This document shows, piece by piece, positions 11,568 through 22,320 of a DNA stretch of 64,000 nt. The stretch comes from Tolypothrix carrinoi HA7290-LM1 (GTDB taxonomy: Bacteria; Cyanobacteriota; Cyanobacteriia; Cyanobacteriales; Nostocaceae), in the NCBI GenBank assembly GCA_019358935.1, contig JAHHIK010000019.1:1-64000 (forward strand), read 5' to 3'. Under the pieces are notes generated by a model. It worked only from the letters and a program-made list of their open reading frames with translations, was not told where the DNA came from and ran no database searches. The number at the start of each line of letters is the position of its first letter. The first letter of the stretch is position 1. The position numbers and the translations under genes are program-made.

Positions 11568-11969
11568 AACTATCTAATATTAATTTTTCATCAACTGATA
11601 TGTTTTCTTTAATAGATGGGTACTATAAGTTTACTTTGCTAACAACAGCTTCAGGAAATCACCTGTTGCTGAAATACCTTTGGCAAAATTAATGTTAAAT
11701 TATGGCGCTATTTTACTTTGTCGGCTATAAATTAAAGAATTCAGATAAAATCCGTATTTACCGGAATAATCTTCAAATATCACAAATGATATAACTCTAA
11801 TAACAGGGATTTTTTGTGTTGTTACCACATTTAAAAATCGGTAAAACACAGTGAATTAGTCACATAAATAAAATCTCTACACGTTGCCTGCGAAATTATT
11901 CGATAGGCTTAATTTTCAAAGTCAAAAAAATACAAAAATTCGGGAAATACACTTGACAGGAAAGCAGCT

Positions 11970-14900
11970 ATGTCTTCAAAACGCCGGCTAGTCAAGGCAA
12001 TAAAAATATTATCTAGAAGGTTTAGTAAGTTTAGTAAAAAGTATCTAACCGCAATTAACAAGTTAATTAATTGGCTATTGCGGACTTTGTTTATTACCAA
12101 GAGACGACGAGAATCAGCAAATGCTGGTTTTGTGTTGCCAACGGTGGTAATGGTAGCGTTGGTCGTTGTGTTGCTGACAACTGCAATATTATTTCGGTCT
12201 TTTGAACGCTCCCAGAATGCCAGTAATGTGAGAGTTAATCAGGCTGTTCTCAATGCTGCAACGCCAGCAATTAACCGAGCCAAAGCAAAAATAGAGCAAT
12301 TATTTAATGACCCTACACTGCCACGTTCCACGCCATCAGATGGAACTTTATACACTGCTTTTACCAAAAATATCGAAAAATATACATTTGGAGACGAGGA
12401 ATCTTTAGAAGTTAATTATGACATTAACGGCAATAAAACAATTTCTAAAACAGGCGATTTAGAAGTTCAAGAAGCTGTAACCACAGCTTGGAAATTTCCA
12501 GTAGATACAGATAATAATGGTAAATATGACAGCTATATTTTGTATGGCGTTTTCTTCCGCAGTCCTAGTCGCGGAAATGATGGAAAATTTGACCGTTCTC
12601 GTAACCCATTAGATGCTAGAACGCCACCTATGGATGACGGGAGTTTAGGTGGAATTTGTGCTGCGGCAAAAGGTACTAGCGCCAGCTTGGTAGGTGAGTC
12701 TGGTTGGTATAAATCAGGGGCTACCATCAAGAAAAGCTTTTTTGTCTATTCGACTACAGTACCTATTACTACTGCTCAAAATGATAAAGAGGAGCAATAC
12801 AAAGGAAATAAAGGCTTTTCTGCTTTAGAGTATCAGCAAGACCAAGAGCGAATTCCAATTATTAATAATGCAGTTGTCTATGAAGATGATTTAGAGATTA
12901 CTCCTGGTAGTGGACTAAATATAAACGGAAGTATTTTCACGAATAGTAATTTGCTGACTGCTAAAACTTCTGATGGTGATATTAGATTCTATCAAGTTAG
13001 TAGCCCAAAATCTTGTTTTTACCAAGCACAAAATAGCAAAATAACAATTGGTGGTAACGTCGGTAATGGTCGGATTTCAGGAGAAGGAGAAGGAAGTGAA
13101 GTTTTGGTAGATTTATTTAAAATTCTTCCCAAAGATAAATCTATCGATGAATTCAGTATTGGTCAAACAAAAATTAACGAAACGAATAAATCTGCTAATA
13201 ATAAAGCAGGAGACATAGCTTATAATACCAAAGCTTATGCTGAGAGAATTAACCTTTTAGTAGAAACACAAACCAAACAAGATTTAAGCAACGATCCTAA
13301 AGAGGTTCAGGATAATATCGAGGCTCGGATTAAAGAAAACGATGGTTTAGATGCTGCGGAAGTACGCCGACAGGAACTAGAGGCTTACTTTAAAAAACGG
13401 ACACGCCGTGTTCCTTTTGCTGAAGTCAAGTTAACTGATACTGCACCTACAACAGTTACTCTAAAAGGATCGGGTGACAAGCTAAGACCACCAGATGAAT
13501 GGATTAATCCTACTGATACAAATACAGGACTGAAGCTTGACCCGAAAAAATTACCTGCTACAGAGCCGAATAAACTTAAAGAAACTAATAAAGACGAAGA
13601 GAAATTTGTAGGCGATCGCATTTATGCAGGTAATAATTTACCAGCCTTATGGTATGACTCCAGTAAAGACGACTTTTTTGGTAAAAAAACACCGCAAGAT
13701 GTTGATCCCAAAACCGAATGGAATGATTGGAAGCCAAACGACAAATACAAGTATCGCACCCGTTTCACCAACGTCCAAGACCTGATTAGTCTGTCAGGTA
13801 CTACTGACCGAGATGGCTACTTTGAAATCAAAGCCGCAGAAAAGCCTAAAAACGTACTTGATAACGTTGGGGGTATGCGTGTAGTGACGGGAGCAGGCAT
13901 TTACGTTGATGGTGACACCTCAGAAGTAGCAAATGCCTCTTATCGGTGGGACGAGGATCTTGGTGGGAAATTTAGAACTTCTTTAAAGCCACGCCCCACA
14001 TTAGATACAAACTTTGTAGATAAAAGTAGTGCCGATCCAAACAAAATTAAATTCAAGGATCTCAAGTTTAATTTAAAAGACCCAATAGTGGTATATCCCG
14101 ATTCTATGCCGATGGCAGGTAGCACTGGTCAGTCAGCGGATAAAGGCGACCTGCAAATGAGAGCTTCGGCTGTTTATTTCTATACGGATAATTCTGGAAA
14201 AGATAATTCCGGAAAGGATCAGGTGCCGATCGCCTGCGTTAGCAGTTACTACGATCCGACAAATGCTGTCACAGCCCAAAACCAAACACTTCTGTTAACA
14301 TCATGGCAAAATCCTAATGCTGATACTACTACTAATGGCAAGTCCAACAACGGCGTTGTTTATGCCGCTCCCTACACTAGCGATAGCGCAAGACTTAGTG
14401 CCATAGGCACATACTCTAAACAACTCAGACAACAAGCACGACTAGTGTTTCCTGATGGGCGTTTGGTTAATGAACCCTTAAGAAATGCTTTGACACAATT
14501 TGATACGGACGCTAGCAAACGATCAATGGCTGACAATTCAGCAATTGATACAGCCGTTTGTGCGATTCAAATCCTTGGTGGTGCAACTCCGAGCGGTAGT
14601 CCATTAGTGCCTCATGGAGCAATTTACGAAACAGCATTTTTGGATGCTCGACAAATCAAATCAATAGAAAAAGAGGCTAGCGTCTTCAACGTACCCAATC
14701 AGGATTATACGCGCAGCATCGAACAGCGTCAGCCTTTGGAAGTTCGCGTAACAGTTTTGGATCTGGACAAACTGCGTAAGGTAGCGATTGGCAACGATGG
14801 AAAGAAAGGCACAACAGAATCTAAACAAGAGTACTTATTACCAAACAGCGGTATTATCTATGCCACTCGTGATGATGCACTGCGCGATCTTAGCGACCTA

Positions 14901-16835
14901 CCCAGCAACAATACAGATAAGAGAAAACTAATTAGTCCCACTGACTACAAGCTTGACCCAACTCGTCGCCCAAACGGGATCATGTTGGTTAAAGGTGAAA
15001 ATTTAGTACGCGAGCCGCAGTACAGAGATGCAGAAAAGGGTTTAATATTAGCCACCAACGTTCCTGCCTACATCAAGGGCGACTTTAATCTTCACAGCAA
15101 AGGTGGAGACAAGACTAACCCAGTTGAGGAGTTTACAGATCAACTAAGAGACAAAAAGACAGGGGAAATCACATGGACTAACTTTTACAAACGCAGCTCC
15201 TTTGATGATGATTTTGCTTGCCGCAAAGAAGATCCAAGGCTCCCCAAGGGGAAATGTACAATGGGTGACAGTTGGCGACCTGCAACAGTACTTGCAGATG
15301 CAGTCACCATACTTTCTGATAATTTCCGATTCGGTTTCCGCGATGAAGGAGACTATGACCTGAGAAATAATCAGGGGGATTTAACATCAGATGCCTACAA
15401 AACACAGGGATTTTTTGACAATAATTTTCTCACCAGTAGCTCCTGGTTCAACGACAGTGGTAGTAAAAAAGGCTATCCCAAAGACGATTTTGACACCAAT
15501 ACTCCCGGTGATCAGTCAAGTAGTTCTTACGTCAACAACTTTGTTACTCCAATTCAGCGACGGGTAAAATTTAACGAATACTTGATGGAAATCTGCCCAA
15601 AAGTGCCTGTTTCAACCTGTACAGCGAGTGACTGGTCTGTTGATGGTGCAGGAAAAAAAGCAACAGATGAAGTAGGACAAGATTATAAGATTGCAATACA
15701 CAAGGCTGGTACAACAGTTGAGCTTGCAGATTCAAGCTTGCGACGCTACGCTCGTCGTGTGGCTTTTGCCCGAAAGCCTGATGGCTCACTGGTACTGGAC
15801 GAAAAAGGTCATCCGGTTCCTTTGGGAGTTGATAGCTCATCACCAGCTAAAATCGAGGCATTTCCCAATTACAAAGCCACAATAACAGTTAAAGTCAAAG
15901 ACAAAGACACTGAGAAATCCTATCCCGGTAGTGCAACTTTACCTCGCATACGACCGGATACCGACCCTCTCGCTTTGTGGTATAGAACAACCAAGCGAGA
16001 CTCGTTGCTCGATAAAAAACTACCAACAGATACTAATTACGGATACAAGTATCCACTGTTTTATCAAACGATTGACGGTCTGCCGTTAAAAGGAACTGAC
16101 GCAAACGAACAACCGCTTTTAGTTCCTGTGCTACAAATTCACATGCCATATGATGAGTGGACTAAATCGGGTAATGATCCTAATAACGATAGAGATAACC
16201 TTCCTGAGCCGAAAAACAGAGGTATTGCTACAGATAAAAACTGGTTGCAAATAGCTAACGCCACAACATCTAATCTAGTGATAGCTGGTGGTGATACGCC
16301 GGGACGTCCAACTGAATCGAATGGTGGTTTAGAAAACTTTGTACGTTATCTAGAAAGTTGGAAAGACTCTAGCGACAAGGATGTGAACAGCAACATTAGT
16401 GGTTCATTGATCCAGTACAAACGTAGTATTTATGCAACAGCACCCTGGCAAGCTGTCCAACTAGATACATCTAAGAACCCTAAAGGTGAAACTACTTTAT
16501 TCGGAACTGACTACCCCCAATACTACAGAATTAATTCCACCACAATAGGCGATGACGCTAATAATAAAGGTAATGGTCTGTCGCCTTTTTACAAAGCACC
16601 AAGCCGTCAATGGGGTTTTGATGTAGGCTTATTATCTCAGTTGCCTGACTTATTTGCCCAACAATTCACTATACCGCCTACAACTAAGCCTAACGAGTTC
16701 TTTAGAGAAGTTAGTCGGGATGATTCTTGGGTGCAAGCATTACTGTGTGCCAAAACCCAAGATGGTAAAACAAATGCCGTTCCTGACAGTGAACGTCCTA
16801 AAGACTTCTGCAAAAAAAATACAGATTTCAACTAA
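11970..16835 (+). CDS. hpsA: Hormogonium polysaccharide biosynthesis protein HpsA (large pilin-like protein)
   Basis: Class III-like signal ANAG|FVLPTVVMV with hydrophobic helix, 1621 aa, leads a minor pilin cluster. Confidence 0.88.
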   Translation: MSSKRRLVKAIKILSRRFSKFSKKYLTAINKLINWLLRTLFITKRRRESANAGFVLPTVVMVALVVVLLTTAILFRSFERSQNASNVRVNQAVLNAATPAINRAKAKIEQLFNDPTLPRSTPSDGTLYTAFTKNIEKYTFGDEESLEVNYDINGNKTISKTGDLEVQEAVTTAWKFPVDTDNNGKYDSYILYGVFFRSPSRGNDGKFDRSRNPLDARTPPMDDGSLGGICAAAKGTSASLVGESGWYKSGATIKKSFFVYSTTVPITTAQNDKEEQYKGNKGFSALEYQQDQERIPIINNAVVYEDDLEITPGSGLNINGSIFTNSNLLTAKTSDGDIRFYQVSSPKSCFYQAQNSKITIGGNVGNGRISGEGEGSEVLVDLFKILPKDKSIDEFSIGQTKINETNKSANNKAGDIAYNTKAYAERINLLVETQTKQDLSNDPKEVQDNIEARIKENDGLDAAEVRRQELEAYFKKRTRRVPFAEVKLTDTAPTTVTLKGSGDKLRPPDEWINPTDTNTGLKLDPKKLPATEPNKLKETNKDEEKFVGDRIYAGNNLPALWYDSSKDDFFGKKTPQDVDPKTEWNDWKPNDKYKYRTRFTNVQDLISLSGTTDRDGYFEIKAAEKPKNVLDNVGGMRVVTGAGIYVDGDTSEVANASYRWDEDLGGKFRTSLKPRPTLDTNFVDKSSADPNKIKFKDLKFNLKDPIVVYPDSMPMAGSTGQSADKGDLQMRASAVYFYTDNSGKDNSGKDQVPIACVSSYYDPTNAVTAQNQTLLLTSWQNPNADTTTNGKSNNGVVYAAPYTSDSARLSAIGTYSKQLRQQARLVFPDGRLVNEPLRNALTQFDTDASKRSMADNSAIDTAVCAIQILGGATPSGSPLVPHGAIYETAFLDARQIKSIEKEASVFNVPNQDYTRSIEQRQPLEVRVTVLDLDKLRKVAIGNDGKKGTTESKQEYLLPNSGIIYATRDDALRDLSDLPSNNTDKRKLISPTDYKLDPTRRPNGIMLVKGENLVREPQYRDAEKGLILATNVPAYIKGDFNLHSKGGDKTNPVEEFTDQLRDKKTGEITWTNFYKRSSFDDDFACRKEDPRLPKGKCTMGDSWRPATVLADAVTILSDNFRFGFRDEGDYDLRNNQGDLTSDAYKTQGFFDNNFLTSSSWFNDSGSKKGYPKDDFDTNTPGDQSSSSYVNNFVTPIQRRVKFNEYLMEICPKVPVSTCTASDWSVDGAGKKATDEVGQDYKIAIHKAGTTVELADSSLRRYARRVAFARKPDGSLVLDEKGHPVPLGVDSSSPAKIEAFPNYKATITVKVKDKDTEKSYPGSATLPRIRPDTDPLALWYRTTKRDSLLDKKLPTDTNYGYKYPLFYQTIDGLPLKGTDANEQPLLVPVLQIHMPYDEWTKSGNDPNNDRDNLPEPKNRGIATDKNWLQIANATTSNLVIAGGDTPGRPTESNGGLENFVRYLESWKDSSDKDVNSNISGSLIQYKRSIYATAPWQAVQLDTSKNPKGETTLFGTDYPQYYRINSTTIGDDANNKGNGLSPFYKAPSRQWGFDVGLLSQLPDLFAQQFTIPPTTKPNEFFREVSRDDSWVQALLCAKTQDGKTNAVPDSERPKDFCKKNTDFN

Positions 16836-16916
16836 TGCCATTTTGAATCCTAGTTTTTGGATTTTGGCTTGACCAAACCATATTAATCTGACCATCAGCA
16901 AGTTTCAGCAGTTTGA

Positions 16917-17579
16917 TTGTTTGCAACGATGAAACAAAATTGTATGACTGTAAGCAAGTACAAAATTAAGCACCTCTTTCCTCAATCGAGCGAAGCAGGT
17001 TTTACTATCATTGAGTCGTTGGTAGCAATTCTTGTGGCTGCCATTCTTTTAGCAGCGATCGCACCGGCAATAATTTTAGCAACAGGTAATCGAGTTCAAG
17101 CAAGACGGGTGGAACTGGCTAGCCAAGCGGCTAAAGCATATATTGATGGCGTTAGTGCTGGCTCAATTCCGGCTCCAACTACTATAGTGGCTAGTGGTAA
17201 ATCCCTCAATAGCGCTCCAGTACCCACCAAATTAGAAGATTTATACTGCGTTGATTTAGATAGTAATGACGGTGAGTGTAGTAAAGACAGTTTTAAAGAC
17301 TTACTAATTCAAGGTTTTAAGACAGAAGGTGAAGCTAAAACAGGTTATGGTTTAGGTTTGCGAGTTTATCGAGCAGATGCTTTTAAAGACAGCGAAACTT
17401 TACTAAAAAATACTGACACAAAAAAAGCAACACAATCTAGTTTCGGAGTCAAACTAGGTGTGAACGCTCGCAAAGCACCTCTAGTCGAAATGACAACAGA
17501 AATTGTGACTCAAGAAACTACATTTAAAGATTTTTGTTCTCGTTTAAAAGACGGCACAAATAAATCTTCAGGGTGCTAA
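16917..17579 (+). CDS. hpsB: Minor pilin/pseudopilin HpsB-like; start uncertain
   Basis: EAG|FTIIESLVA prepilin motif; synteny. Confidence 0.8.
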   Translation: MFATMKQNCMTVSKYKIKHLFPQSSEAGFTIIESLVAILVAAILLAAIAPAIILATGNRVQARRVELASQAAKAYIDGVSAGSIPAPTTIVASGKSLNSAPVPTKLEDLYCVDLDSNDGECSKDSFKDLLIQGFKTEGEAKTGYGLGLRVYRADAFKDSETLLKNTDTKKATQSSFGVKLGVNARKAPLVEMTTEIVTQETTFKDFCSRLKDGTNKSSGC

Positions 17580-17605
17580 TTAGCTAGTAATACAAATACC
17601 ACATT

Positions 17606-18664
17606 ATGAGCAATCAATTGATTTTTTTTATTATCACTCAACTCAAGCCAAAACGCTTGCAGTTGGCTGTGATAAATAGCGGTTTTACCCTCATAGAACT
17701 TTTGGTAGCAATGGTTCTTGCATTTTTGGTAATTACGCCTTTATTAGGGTTCATGATTAATGTTATGGACACTGACCGCAAGGAGCAAGCCAAAGTTAAC
17801 TCTGAGCAAGAAGTACAAGCAGCACTTGACTATATCGCTCAGGACTTGCAACAGGCAATATACGTCTATGATGCTAAAGGTATTCAAGCAATTTATAGGA
17901 AAGATAAAACGGGGCTACCCTACACCGATAAAACAGATAGAGTTCCTGTGTTGGTATTTTGGAAACGAGAGTTTAAGAATCAGGCAATCAATGTGAAAGT
18001 TGGTTCAGTTGACAAAGGTAAAAATGATAGTTTTGTCTACTCTCTTGTAGCTTACTATTTAATCAAAAACGATTCCCAAACTATATGGTCAGATCAACTC
18101 CGAATTGGCAGGTTTGAAATAAAAGACGGAGTTAGAGATCTTGATGATCCAATTAATGCGGATGGTACACCTAAATATGTTAAGGATGAAGATCCAGACA
18201 ATGGCTTTAAGATGTTTAGCCTCAATAATACATCAGGTACTCTTGAGGACAAGATGAATGCGTGGACGAAATCTAGCGACGCATACACTAATGATGCAGT
18301 GGCATTAGTTGATTATATCGATGAAAGCCTTGCAACTACAGAAAATAAACTAGAACGAGTAGGCTGTACAACAGTTTTTCAAGACAGAGATAATAAAGAC
18401 ACACCCCAAGCTAAGAAAGATGCACTAAGAGTTCCTGCTTTTAAAGGTGACAACAATTACGCATATTTTGATAACACTGACTTGAATACTGGTAGCTTCT
18501 ATGCTTGTGTAGATACTGACAAAAACTTAGTTAAAGTATTTATTAGAGGTAATGCATTGGCTAGAATTGACAAGCAAAATAATACCTATAATCCTAACAA
18601 GACGACATATTTTCCTAGTGCAACTATCCAAATTCAAGGCAAAGGACTCATCGGTATAAAATAA
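17606..18664 (+). CDS. hpsC: Minor pilin/pseudopilin HpsC-like
   Basis: SG|FTLIELLVA prepilin motif; synteny. Confidence 0.82.
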   Translation: MSNQLIFFIITQLKPKRLQLAVINSGFTLIELLVAMVLAFLVITPLLGFMINVMDTDRKEQAKVNSEQEVQAALDYIAQDLQQAIYVYDAKGIQAIYRKDKTGLPYTDKTDRVPVLVFWKREFKNQAINVKVGSVDKGKNDSFVYSLVAYYLIKNDSQTIWSDQLRIGRFEIKDGVRDLDDPINADGTPKYVKDEDPDNGFKMFSLNNTSGTLEDKMNAWTKSSDAYTNDAVALVDYIDESLATTENKLERVGCTTVFQDRDNKDTPQAKKDALRVPAFKGDNNYAYFDNTDLNTGSFYACVDTDKNLVKVFIRGNALARIDKQNNTYNPNKTTYFPSATIQIQGKGLIGIK

Positions 18665-18677
18665 TTCACAGGATAGT

Positions 18678-19433
18678 ATGGAAGATTTATTTTTATTCAA
18701 ATTACTACAGCGAGGCAACTTGAGGAAAGTAACTGCAAAATATAACATCTACCTAGGGCGATATCTTGCGAGAAGCCGATTTGCATCTACAGGTCTTACT
18801 CAACCAACTGCTGGGTTTACCTTAATTGAGTTGATAGCAGTGGTGGTGATGGTGGGAATTTTATCAGCGATCGCAGCTCCTGGGTGGCTTGCGTTTACTA
18901 ACCGACAACGGGTAAATAAAGTTAATGATGTAGTTTTGTTAGCACTACAGGAAGCGCAACGAGAAGCTAAAAAGAAAAAACTTGACTACAGCGTCAGTTT
19001 TAAAGTTAAAGACAAAGTTACTAAAATTGCCATTCATCCTGATTCTACCCCCGCTAAAGACCTACCTGAAGATGTCTGGAAACCTTTAGGCGGAGATTTA
19101 GAAATTAAACCTGGACAATTTATTCTAGGTACAAATTTTAGCGATAAGGATACAAGTGATAAAAAGAAAGCTGTTACTGCTGTATCCTACGATTTAAGTA
19201 ACCCAAAAACAATTTCCTTTAACTATATGGGTTATTTGCCGTCAAATGCAAACTTAGTTTCAGCCGCAACAGATTCAACAGAAGCACCCGGTTTAAAAGT
19301 TGTAGTAGCTGTACCTCAACCAGGAAGTATTACAGAAGCTAGTAATATTAAACGATGTGTAATTGTGAAAACTATTTTAGGTTCAATAATAACTGAAACA
19401 GATGACAAATGTGATAAACAAATACACAAATAA
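18678..19433 (+). CDS. hpsD: Prepilin-type protein (FimT/HpsD-like)
   Basis: AG|FTLIELIAV motif; C-terminal KRCVIVKTILG. Confidence 0.72.
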   Translation: MEDLFLFKLLQRGNLRKVTAKYNIYLGRYLARSRFASTGLTQPTAGFTLIELIAVVVMVGILSAIAAPGWLAFTNRQRVNKVNDVVLLALQEAQREAKKKKLDYSVSFKVKDKVTKIAIHPDSTPAKDLPEDVWKPLGGDLEIKPGQFILGTNFSDKDTSDKKKAVTAVSYDLSNPKTISFNYMGYLPSNANLVSAATDSTEAPGLKVVVAVPQPGSITEASNIKRCVIVKTILGSIITETDDKCDKQIHK

Positions 19434-19573
19434 AATATTAAAAACTTACGTCTAATTAATATATAAAATTAATTTTTTAAAGGAGAATATACTTAAAAAA
19501 ATATGATTTTATTTATATATTAATCGTGAGAATTTAGCTCTAAAATATCAAAATCCAATACAAATTTTACCTT

Positions 19574-20533
19574 ATGACTGAGAACCTTGACTTTACTGTA
19601 GCCATCCCAACTTACAATGGTGAAAGTCGCTTGCCTGAACTGCTGGAACGGTTACGAAATCAACTTAATACCGAACACTTATGTTGGGAAATCATCGTTG
19701 TAGATAATAACAGCACTGACAACACAGCTAAAGTTGTTCAAACCTATCAAGCAAACTGGCAATGTCCTTACCCCTTAAAGTATTGCTTTGAACCGCAACA
19801 GGGAGCAGCATACGCCAGAAAACGAGCAGTTGAGGAAGCCAAAAGCAAATTTATCGGTTTTCTTGATGATGATAATTACCCAGTATCAGACTGGGTTGCA
19901 AAAGCTTATGACTTTGGTCAAAAAAATCCAAAACTGGGGGCTTATGGTAGCCAAATCCACCCAAACTGGGAAGTAGAACCACCAGAAAATTTTCAGCGCA
20001 TCGCGCCTTTTTTGGCAATTACTGAGCGCGGAAATTTGCCTTTGCTGTATGAAGCTTCAAAAAAATTACTACCACCTTCTGCTGGACTTGTTGTTCGCCG
20101 ACAAGCGTGGTTAGAAAGCGTGCCGAATCATTCTATTTTAACTGGCAGAGTCGCTGGCAATATGCTTACCAGTGAAGACTTAGAAATGTTGTCTTACATC
20201 CAGAAAGCTGGTTGGGAAATTTGGTATAACCCAGAAATGGAAATATATCATCAGATACCTCATTGGCGCTTGCAAAGAGAGTATTTGATTCCATTTTTTC
20301 AAGGTATTGGACTTAGCCGATATGTTACCCGAATGATGAATATAAACCCTTGGGTTAAACCATTCGCTTTTTTTGCCTATATAATAAATGACTTGCGTAA
20401 AATTGTCTTGCATTTACTTAAATATCGGACACAGGTAAAAACTGAGTTGGTCGCTGCTTGTGAAATGCAACTGTTTTTAAGTAGTTTAATTAGTCCTTTT
20501 TTCCTGTGGAAAAAGGGATATTTTAATAAATAA
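19574..20533 (+). CDS. hpsE: Hormogonium polysaccharide glycosyltransferase HpsE
   Basis: GT2 motifs (FLDDDN); position after the pilin genes. Confidence 0.82.
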   Translation: MTENLDFTVAIPTYNGESRLPELLERLRNQLNTEHLCWEIIVVDNNSTDNTAKVVQTYQANWQCPYPLKYCFEPQQGAAYARKRAVEEAKSKFIGFLDDDNYPVSDWVAKAYDFGQKNPKLGAYGSQIHPNWEVEPPENFQRIAPFLAITERGNLPLLYEASKKLLPPSAGLVVRRQAWLESVPNHSILTGRVAGNMLTSEDLEMLSYIQKAGWEIWYNPEMEIYHQIPHWRLQREYLIPFFQGIGLSRYVTRMMNINPWVKPFAFFAYIINDLRKIVLHLLKYRTQVKTELVAACEMQLFLSSLISPFFLWKKGYFNK

Positions 20534-20603
20534 TTTTTCATGATTAATTATTATTTTTAAGAGTGGAAATGAAATAAAAAATAATAATTAATGTATCAAG
20601 ATA

Positions 20604-21188
20604 TTGGGTGCATTAAATTTGGAAAAAACCTTGGTGCGTCTTCTACTTTTAGTTAATACAAAAAATATCTCCAAGAATCGCTTTAACAGTGGCTTTACGC
20701 TGCTAGAGATTTTGGTAGTTGTAGTATTAATAGGTATATTAGCTGCGATCGCTCTCCCCAGTTGGCTGACTTTTGTAAACGTTCAACGCCTCAACACTGC
20801 CCAAAACCAAGTTTACAACGCCATGCGCCAAGCTCAAAGCCAAGCCAAAAAACAAAAATTAACCTGGCAAGTCAGCTTTAAAGAACAAAACAATATCGTT
20901 CAGTGGGCAGTTCATCCTGCTACCCTAAATGCATCTGTCGCTAATTGGAACAATCTAGATTCTAATATACGCTTAGATGAAGAAACAACCTTACAACAGT
21001 CAAATGGGATCAGGCAAATCCAATTTGATTATGGAGGTAATGTCACGAAGCCACCGTTAGGAAAGATAACGCTATCTAGTAAATATGGTGGTAAAGTCAA
21101 GCGTTGCGTCTATGTTTCTACAATTTTAGGGGCAATGCGAACGGCAAAAGAACGTGCTACAACTAAAGACGGTGATTATTGCTATTAA
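20604..21188 (+). CDS. Prepilin-type protein (HpsH-like); start uncertain
   Basis: SG|FTLLEILVV motif; KRCVYVSTILG. Confidence 0.8.
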   Translation: MGALNLEKTLVRLLLLVNTKNISKNRFNSGFTLLEILVVVVLIGILAAIALPSWLTFVNVQRLNTAQNQVYNAMRQAQSQAKKQKLTWQVSFKEQNNIVQWAVHPATLNASVANWNNLDSNIRLDEETTLQQSNGIRQIQFDYGGNVTKPPLGKITLSSKYGGKVKRCVYVSTILGAMRTAKERATTKDGDYCY

Positions 21189-21225
21189 AATATTTGTGAT
21201 TGTTTAGACAAGATACTCCGCGTGC

Positions 21226-21861
21226 GTGCTGAAATCACCAAAATACTCGAAACAGCATCTAATTATTTTTACTCGCTACCCAGAACCGGGAAAGACAAAA
21301 ACTCGGCTGATACCTGCTTTGGGGAGTGTTGGTGCTGCGAATCTTCAGCGACAGATGACTGAACATACAGTATCCCAAGTTAAACAATTGCAAGCAAATA
21401 CTGCTATCTCTTTAGAAATACGGTTTGCGGGTGGTAATTTGCAATTGATGCAAGATTGGCTGGGGTCTGATTTAGTTTATCAGTTACAAGGTGAAGGCGA
21501 TCTGGGTTCGCGAATGATGCGATCGCTCTTAAATTCTTTTCAAAAAAATGCCGAACAAGTAGTTATCATTGGTACAGATTGCCCTGGTGTAAATCCTCAG
21601 ATTGTCGCAACAGCTTTTGAGCAACTGCACGTCTTTGACTTGGTGCTTGGTCCTGCGGTAGACGGTGGCTATTACTTGATTGGTTTGCAGCAGCCGTTTC
21701 CCGAATTATTGACTAACATCGATTGGGGAACTTCTCAAGTTTTCTCACAAACTGTGGATATTGCCCAGAAACTTAACTTATCAGTCGCTTACTTACCTAC
21801 CTTAGCTGATGTTGACCGTCCAGAGGATCTGCCGATTTGGGAACAAGAGACTAAGGAGTAG
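21226..21861 (+). CDS. DUF2064/TIGR04282-like glycosyltransferase (HpsI-like)
   Basis: IFTRYPEPGKTKTRL, QGEGDLGSRM, IGTDCP, GPAVDGGYYLIG, DVDRPEDL. Confidence 0.85.
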   Translation: MLKSPKYSKQHLIIFTRYPEPGKTKTRLIPALGSVGAANLQRQMTEHTVSQVKQLQANTAISLEIRFAGGNLQLMQDWLGSDLVYQLQGEGDLGSRMMRSLLNSFQKNAEQVVIIGTDCPGVNPQIVATAFEQLHVFDLVLGPAVDGGYYLIGLQQPFPELLTNIDWGTSQVFSQTVDIAQKLNLSVAYLPTLADVDRPEDLPIWEQETKE

Positions 21862-22105
21862 GGACTAGGGAGTGGGCAGTGGGGAGTGGGGACAAGGGAG
21901 ACAAGGGGGACAAGGGGGACAAGGGGGACAAGGGAGACAAGGAAGACAAGGGGGACAAGGGAGAAATTTACTTTTCCTATCTCCCCCATCCCCCCTCTCC
22001 CCCTCTCCCCATCCCCCTTGTCCCCCCCATCCCCCTTGTCCCCCTTGTCCCCCTTGTCCCCCCCATCCCCCTTGTCCTCCTTGTCCCCCCCATCCCCCTC
22101 TCCCT
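21860..22105. repeat. Inverted purine/pyrimidine tandem repeat arrays (GGGGACAAG)n ... (CCCCTTGTC)n
   Basis: Seen directly; forms a long imperfect hairpin. Confidence 0.85.
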
Positions 22106-22320
22106 TAGTCAACGCTTGTATAGTCGAACACGAGGAATTTCCGGAAGACACCCTAAACTACAGGTGCTACCGTGGTGTAGTTTAAAATCAAGGGGTAAAA
22201 ATTCAATTTAATGTATTAAATTTGCTCTGAGGTTCTAAATAACAGATAAGGTCAAGGGAACAATATTCCAGTAACTTTAAATATGACATTCAATAATATT
22301 CACTACAAGACCGAAAAACT

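Noticed and set aside
11942..11953. SigJ-type promoter (GGGAAATACACT) before hpsA
   Set aside because: Imperfect match to the recalled consensus and too short to support without TSS data
21789..22211. ORFs made of GDK/PLSP/PCPP repeats (also 913-1183, 31083-31524, 47187-47433, 35599-35814)
   Set aside because: Open frames produced by stop-free simple repeats
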